Shown: positions 16,257 through 20,405 of the stretch, piece by piece
Layout of the letters: each line of letters starts with the position of its first letter
Numbering within the stretch: the first letter of the stretch is position 1
Source: an uncultured Thiotrichales bacterium
GTDB lineage: Bacteria > Pseudomonadota > Gammaproteobacteria > HK1
Length of the DNA: 20,405 bases
Assembly (NCBI GenBank): GCA_964593225.1
Contig: CAZQHJ010000026.1
Span: 1-20,405, forward strand
Direction of reading: 5' to 3'
Position numbers and translations under genes: made by a program
The notes under the pieces: generated by a model
What the model saw: only the letters and a program-made list of their open reading frames with translations
Told to the model about the DNA's origin: nothing
The model's database searches: none

Positions 16257-17279
16257 ATGGTGTTATCGAGAAGTCAGCAGCTCACTGGAAAAAGTTGCAC
16301 ACCGAACTATAGGGATAAATTATCCGAACCGTCCGGATCGGATAATTTATCGATCACCACATCCCTGTCGCCAGGGATGGAACTCGCCGTTACCGTGGAT
16401 ACTCTGGTCTGCGGTGTCCACTTCCCACCCGATACCGCGCCTGTCGACATCGGCCATAAGGCGCTCGCCGTAAATATAAGTGATCTTGCCGCCATGGGTG
16501 CCCGTCCGGATTGGGCCGTCATGAGCCTCGTTGTTCCTCGGTGGGACGAAGATTGGATCTCGGCGTTTCACAGAGGATTCAACGAACTCGCTGAGCAGCA
16601 TGGTGTTCGACTCATGGCCTGGGACATTGGCGTTGGTCCGCTGGCAATGACCATCCAGATCCATGGGCAGGTGCCCTCTGGTCGCGCCCTTCGTCGTGAT
16701 TGTGCCCGTCCGGGGGACCTCATCTTTGTCACCGGAACCTTGGGTGATGCCGGTCTGGCCCTCGGAACACGATTTGCCGACGAAGGAGAGGGGTTCGAAA
16801 TCCCCGAGGAAGACAAGGCATTTATCGACAGGCGCCTGGCCTGTCCCACGCCTCGTGTCATTGAGGGAATCGCGCTCCGTGGGATCGCAACCGCAGCCAT
16901 CGACATCTCCGATGGGTTGACTGCGGATCTATCACACATCGTCGAGGCAAGTCGGGCCTGTGCGGAGGAGTTGGGAGGATTGAGCGCGACGATTGATATG
17001 GAAAAACTACCTTTATCGCTTGCATTGCAGCGGCTCCCGGACCGAATACAGGCATGGCAATTTGCGCTGTCATCCGGTGACGATTACGAACTGTGCTTTA
17101 CGGTACCGCCGGATCGATACCGGAGACTACAGCAGGTCGCGGAGCGTTTTCCCTGTCCCATCACCCATATCGGTTGCATGGAAACGGATTCGGAGGCCCG
17201 TCCGGCCATTCGGTTCCTGGGATCGGCATCGGGCGAGGAAGCGTTTTTGTCCAGGGCGGGATATCGGCATTTCGGGTAA
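16257..17279 (+). CDS. thiL: Thiamine-monophosphate kinase ThiL (AIR-synthase-related fold), with atypical N-terminus
   Basis: LAVTVDTLVCGVHF, KALAVNISDLAAMGA, GPLAMTIQIHGQVPSGRALRRDCARPGDLIFVTG, DISDGL, SSGDDYELCFTVPP all align with ThiL. The first ~40 residues lack the usual GEFxLI/IGDDxAL block and contain a 38-bp palindrome, so the true start is uncertain. Confidence 0.75.
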   Translation: MVLSRSQQLTGKSCTPNYRDKLSEPSGSDNLSITTSLSPGMELAVTVDTLVCGVHFPPDTAPVDIGHKALAVNISDLAAMGARPDWAVMSLVVPRWDEDWISAFHRGFNELAEQHGVRLMAWDIGVGPLAMTIQIHGQVPSGRALRRDCARPGDLIFVTGTLGDAGLALGTRFADEGEGFEIPEEDKAFIDRRLACPTPRVIEGIALRGIATAAIDISDGLTADLSHIVEASRACAEELGGLSATIDMEKLPLSLALQRLPDRIQAWQFALSSGDDYELCFTVPPDRYRRLQQVAERFPCPITHIGCMETDSEARPAIRFLGSASGEEAFLSRAGYRHFG

Positions 17280-17535
17280 TGGAAATCATCGGGATTCCGG
17301 GAATTTCCGTCTCCCAATGCAGGTACACGTTGCCTATTACCCATGGTACACTTTAAATCATGAGGGCAAGCAACCTTACGAGCTATATGCCCGACATTCC
17401 GTGCGTCTTTACTCACTTCCGGGATTATGAATGACGCCATCTCTCGGCAGGATTCATTCAGGCTTGTAACCAACCGAGATAATGAATCCGGAAAAAATTG
17501 TGCGCAAAATCGACCTCTTTGAATAAAAAAATACG

Positions 17536-17979
17536 ATGAATATCGATATGGATTTGGCAAGCGGGATCGCCGCTTTCGAGGCAAAAGAATTCCGCCGCGC
17601 CACGCAACTGTTGGCTCCCCTCGCCGAACAAGGCAACCTTGATGCCCAGTTCCGGCTCGCCGTCATGTACCAGAATGGCCTGGGAAATGCCCGCAACGAA
17701 GCCTTTGCGCTGAAATGGATGCGTCAATCAGCCGAAGGCGGGCTGGGGCTCGCCGAGCACGGTCTGGGCTTTATGTATCTGGAAGGCGATTGCGTGGACA
17801 AGGACGAGGGCAAGGCCACGGAGTGGTTTCGCAAGGCCGCCGAGAAGGGTCTGATAGGGTCCATGACGACCCTCGCCATGATGTACGAAGAGGGCAGGGG
17901 CGTGGAAAAAGATCCGGAACAGGCAAGATATTGGTATCGACAGGCAGGCTTCGATGACCTTCGAGGGAAGGTTTGTTAG
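17536..17979 (+). CDS. Sel1-repeat (SLR/TPR-like) protein, 147 aa
   Basis: Three Sel1-like repeats: AQFRLAVMYQNGLGNARNEAFALKWMRQSAEGG, AEHGLGFMYLEGDCVDKDEGKATEWFRKAAEKG, SMTTLAMMYEEGRGVEKDPEQARYWYRQAG. Confidence 0.75.
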   Translation: MNIDMDLASGIAAFEAKEFRRATQLLAPLAEQGNLDAQFRLAVMYQNGLGNARNEAFALKWMRQSAEGGLGLAEHGLGFMYLEGDCVDKDEGKATEWFRKAAEKGLIGSMTTLAMMYEEGRGVEKDPEQARYWYRQAGFDDLRGKVC

Positions 17980-18072
17980 CTCGATGCACTTGGAAACGAC
18001 CGTTCCATGTCTCTATCATGTTATAAATCTATGAATTTTCCGCTGGAATGAAGACAGACAGGGGGGAATCCC

Positions 18073-18327
18073 ATGAAATGCCAGTGTGCGAATTGCGGTG
18101 TCATCAACGAAATTCCCAATGATGCTTCCCCTTCGGAATCTCTTTGCTGGTCCTGCGAACAGCCTCTGATCAATGTAAGGGACCCGAAAGGGGCCGGGGA
18201 TATGTCCACGGCGGTGGGATTGATGGGGGGTGGCATGTTGGGGGCTTCCATTGGCGGTCTTCCCGGTGCCTTCGTGGGCGCTTTGATCGGCGCCTTGATC
18301 GGCAGGGAAGCCCGGGGGGTTGGTTGA
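18073..18327 (+). CDS. Small zinc-ribbon plus glycine-zipper membrane protein, 84 aa
   Basis: C-x-C-x2-C ... C-x2-C zinc-ribbon (MKCQCANCG...CWSCEQ), followed by GLMGGGMLGASIGGLPGAFVGALIGALIG (GxxxG zipper TM). Strong RBS GGGGGGA 8 nt upstream. Confidence 0.5.
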   Translation: MKCQCANCGVINEIPNDASPSESLCWSCEQPLINVRDPKGAGDMSTAVGLMGGGMLGASIGGLPGAFVGALIGALIGREARGVG

Positions 18328-18360
18328 TGCCGATCGATACGACGGGAATCGGCATCATCC

Positions 18361-18663
18361 TTGGCCTCCTCGCTTGCGCGCTTATTCGCATTCCTGAAAT
18401 TTCGCCACCGGAGCCATCGTGTCGATATCGACAACGCCGCTAATATCGTCCTTGCCGCCAATATCGCCCTTATATTCCTTTCGGTAAATGCCATTCTTTC
18501 GTTCATGCAATTGATTTTGGCGGCAGTTCGCGACGACCTAAGTCAGCTGCCATCAAGATGGCGAGAGTACCTTGCGGTGGCAGCCCTGGTTGGGATTTGG
18601 ATGATGGGAATATACCTATACCGAATCTTCAGCAAGACGTATCGAGTAAAGGATAGCAGATAA
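18361..18663 (+). CDS. Putative small two-TM membrane protein, 100 aa, TTG start. Same frame as the upstream Zn-ribbon ORF, separated only by one TGA. An alternative overlapping 38-aa ORF at 18327-18443 starts at a TGATG junction
   Basis: Hydrophobic segments IVLAANIALIFLSVNAILSFMQLIL and LAVAALVGIWMMGIYLY. Lower GC than the surroundings. The start codon is weak, so confidence is low. Confidence 0.3.
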   Translation: MASSLARLFAFLKFRHRSHRVDIDNAANIVLAANIALIFLSVNAILSFMQLILAAVRDDLSQLPSRWREYLAVAALVGIWMMGIYLYRIFSKTYRVKDSR

Positions 18664-18761
18664 AATCGTTATCGCCCGGCAGGGCGATAATCATGAAATA
18701 TGAGCATATATTAACTATATCTTTCCGGCCTTATCGAAAAACATAAAACAGGTAATTCCAA

Positions 18762-20087
18762 ATGGCTACAGAAAACAAAACCATTCCCGAAAGAGCCGCG
18801 CGCACTCCCCGGTTCGTCAGCCAGATAACCCGCGATACGCTCGCCCTCATCCTGGCTGGTGGCCGTGGTTCGCGTCTCAAGCACCTGACGCTCTGGCGGG
18901 CCAAGCCCGCCGTCCCCTTCGGTGGCAAATTCCGCATCGTCGACTTTCCACTGTCCAACTGTATCAATTCCGGCATTCGCCGGATTGGCGTATTGACGCA
19001 ATACAAATCCCATTCCCTGATTCGCCACGTACACAAGGGTTGGGGGTTTCTTCGAGGCGAATTCGGTGAGTTCGTGGAGCTGTTCCCCGCCTCCCAGCGC
19101 ACCAGTGAATCCTGGTATGCCGGCACCGCCGACGCCCTGTACCAGAATCTCGATCTCATTCGCCTCCAACATCCCAAGTATGTGGTCATCCTGGCCGGTG
19201 ACCATATCTACAAAATGGACTACGGCACCATGGTTGCCGCCCACGTGCAGGCCGAGGCCGACATGACCGTGGGTTGCCTGGAGGTTCCCATTGCCGATGC
19301 GCGGGAATTCGGCGTTATGACGGTGGACGAATCTCATCGCATCATCGAATTCAACGAAAAGCCCGCCAACCCGAAACCGGTGCCGGGCAGCACCGACACC
19401 GCCCTCGCTTCCATGGGGATCTACGTGTTCAATACCGATTTCCTCTACGAGCAGCTCATCCGGGATGCCGATAACGAGACATCCAGCCATGATTTCGGCA
19501 AGGACATCATTCCGTCTGTCATCGACGACAGCAAGGTCATCGCCTACCCGTTCCGGGATCCCGCCACCGGCAAGCAAGCTTACTGGCGCGATGTGGGGAC
19601 CGTGGATGCCTTCTGGGAGGCCAATATGGAACTCGTGGGGCTTGACCCGGAACTCAATCTGTATGACGACGTATGGCCTATCTGGACCTACCAGGAACAG
19701 CAACCCCCCGCCAAGTTCGTATTCGACGACGACGATCGCCGCGGTATGGCGGTCGATTCCCTGGTCTCCAGCGGCTGCGTCATCTCCGGCGGGACCGTGC
19801 GCCGTTCCCTGCTCTTCTCCGCGGTTCGCGTCAACTCCTATGCCGAAGTATCGGACGCCGTCGTCCTGCCGGAGGTGGATATCGCCCGTAATTGTCGGAT
19901 CACCAAGGCAGTCATCGACCGCGGTTGCAAGGTCCCGGAAGGGATGGTTATCGGTGAGGATCCGAAGGCCGACGCCGAACGCTTCTATCGCACCGACAAG
20001 GGTATCGTGCTCGTTACCCCCGAGATGTTGGGGCAAAACATCCACATCCATCGCGGGAGCGGCGAGGATAGTTTCGAGGTCGGCTAG
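18762..20087 (+). CDS. glgC: Glucose-1-phosphate adenylyltransferase GlgC
   Basis: [17 protein letters not shown]...[41 protein letters not shown] and the C-terminal left-handed beta-helix region. 441 aa, typical of GlgC. Confidence 0.9.
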   Translation: MATENKTIPERAARTPRFVSQITRDTLALILAGGRGSRLKHLTLWRAKPAVPFGGKFRIVDFPLSNCINSGIRRIGVLTQYKSHSLIRHVHKGWGFLRGEFGEFVELFPASQRTSESWYAGTADALYQNLDLIRLQHPKYVVILAGDHIYKMDYGTMVAAHVQAEADMTVGCLEVPIADAREFGVMTVDESHRIIEFNEKPANPKPVPGSTDTALASMGIYVFNTDFLYEQLIRDADNETSSHDFGKDIIPSVIDDSKVIAYPFRDPATGKQAYWRDVGTVDAFWEANMELVGLDPELNLYDDVWPIWTYQEQQPPAKFVFDDDDRRGMAVDSLVSSGCVISGGTVRRSLLFSAVRVNSYAEVSDAVVLPEVDIARNCRITKAVIDRGCKVPEGMVIGEDPKADAERFYRTDKGIVLVTPEMLGQNIHIHRGSGEDSFEVG

Positions 20088-20156
20088 TGTCTCGTTCCAC
20101 CTTAATTTTGGGATTTATAATTTATACCGTTAAATCCACTATGATGCATCGCGAAT

Positions 20157-20405
20157 TCAAGTCGCAAGTGCAACAGTTGGATCGATGTTGAAAAATAGCT
20201 GATTAGGGGTATCCATGCCAAGGCATTTTCTTGGTCGGTTGTTTAGCTTATCCATGACGCTCCGAGTTTCCACGAGTGTGATTTTGGTGAAATCGGAGCC
20301 CTTGGGAAAGTACTGGCGAATAAGGCCATTGGTGTTCTCATTGAGCCCTGGCTCCCATGAGGCATGGGGGTGAGCGAAGTAGAAGTCTGCGTTCAAGGTT
20401 TTGGC
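20157..20405 (-). mobile_element. IS30-family transposase, C-terminal (DDE-domain end) fragment, running off the window edge. The IS end should lie in ~20090-20156
   Basis: …FYFAHPHASWEPGLNENTNGLIRQYFPKGSDF…LNNRPRKCLGMDTPNQLFF matches the IS30 transposase C-terminal signature (…SWQRGxNENTNGLLRQYFPKGTD…LNxRPRKxLG). Confidence 0.7.

Noticed and set aside
18021-18506. 161-aa minus-strand ORF antisense to the Zn-ribbon/glycine-zipper gene
   Set aside because: The repeated IKAPIKAPTKAP is simply the complement of the GxxxG glycine-zipper coding repeats.
18711-20133. 446-aa minus-strand ORF and 222-aa + alternate-frame ORF overlapping glgC
   Set aside because: Artefacts. The glgC frame carries the canonical GGxGxRL and PAVPFGG motifs.

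Overview
The window looks like a high-GC (~60-65%) chromosomal segment of a sulfur-oxidising or sulfate-reducing proteobacterium. That inference rests on aprBA, surA, glgC and thiL and is not verified.

Gene order:
- Left to right: a dcm-like cytosine-5 DNA methyltransferase remnant on the minus strand, truncated exactly at the end of a ~290-bp highly structured MITE-like palindromic element (105-394).
- An mrpC-mrpD-like pair on the minus strand with a translationally coupled ATGA overlap.
- surA, then an orphan PyrK-family FAD/[2Fe-2S] oxidoreductase.
- A ~400-bp array of ~20-22-bp helically phased TTCCCGG/CCGGAAA repeats.
- A lower-GC three-gene membrane and coiled-coil module: a flotillin (SPFH) gene interrupted by an in-frame TAA, a DUF4407-like TM/coiled-coil protein, and a 618-aa TM/coiled-coil/TPR protein that is markedly AT-rich.
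- A MatB-like AMP-dependent acyl-CoA synthetase.
- A textbook 220-bp MITE (perfect 18-bp terminal inverted repeats, 10-bp target-site duplication CCATTAGGTG) inserted at the synthetase stop codon, upstream of aprBA.
- aprB and aprA (adenylylsulfate reductase), followed by an intrinsic terminator.
- thiL, with an odd 38-bp AT-rich palindrome in its 5' end.
- A Sel1-repeat protein and a small Zn-ribbon/glycine-zipper protein followed in frame, after a single TGA, by a small membrane ORF.
- glgC.
- The 3' end of an IS30-family transposase running off the window.

The most interesting candidate for an undescribed system is the repeat array plus the flotillin/DUF4407-like/TPR membrane module. Several long antisense ORFs in the track are compositional artefacts of GC-rich DNA and were rejected.
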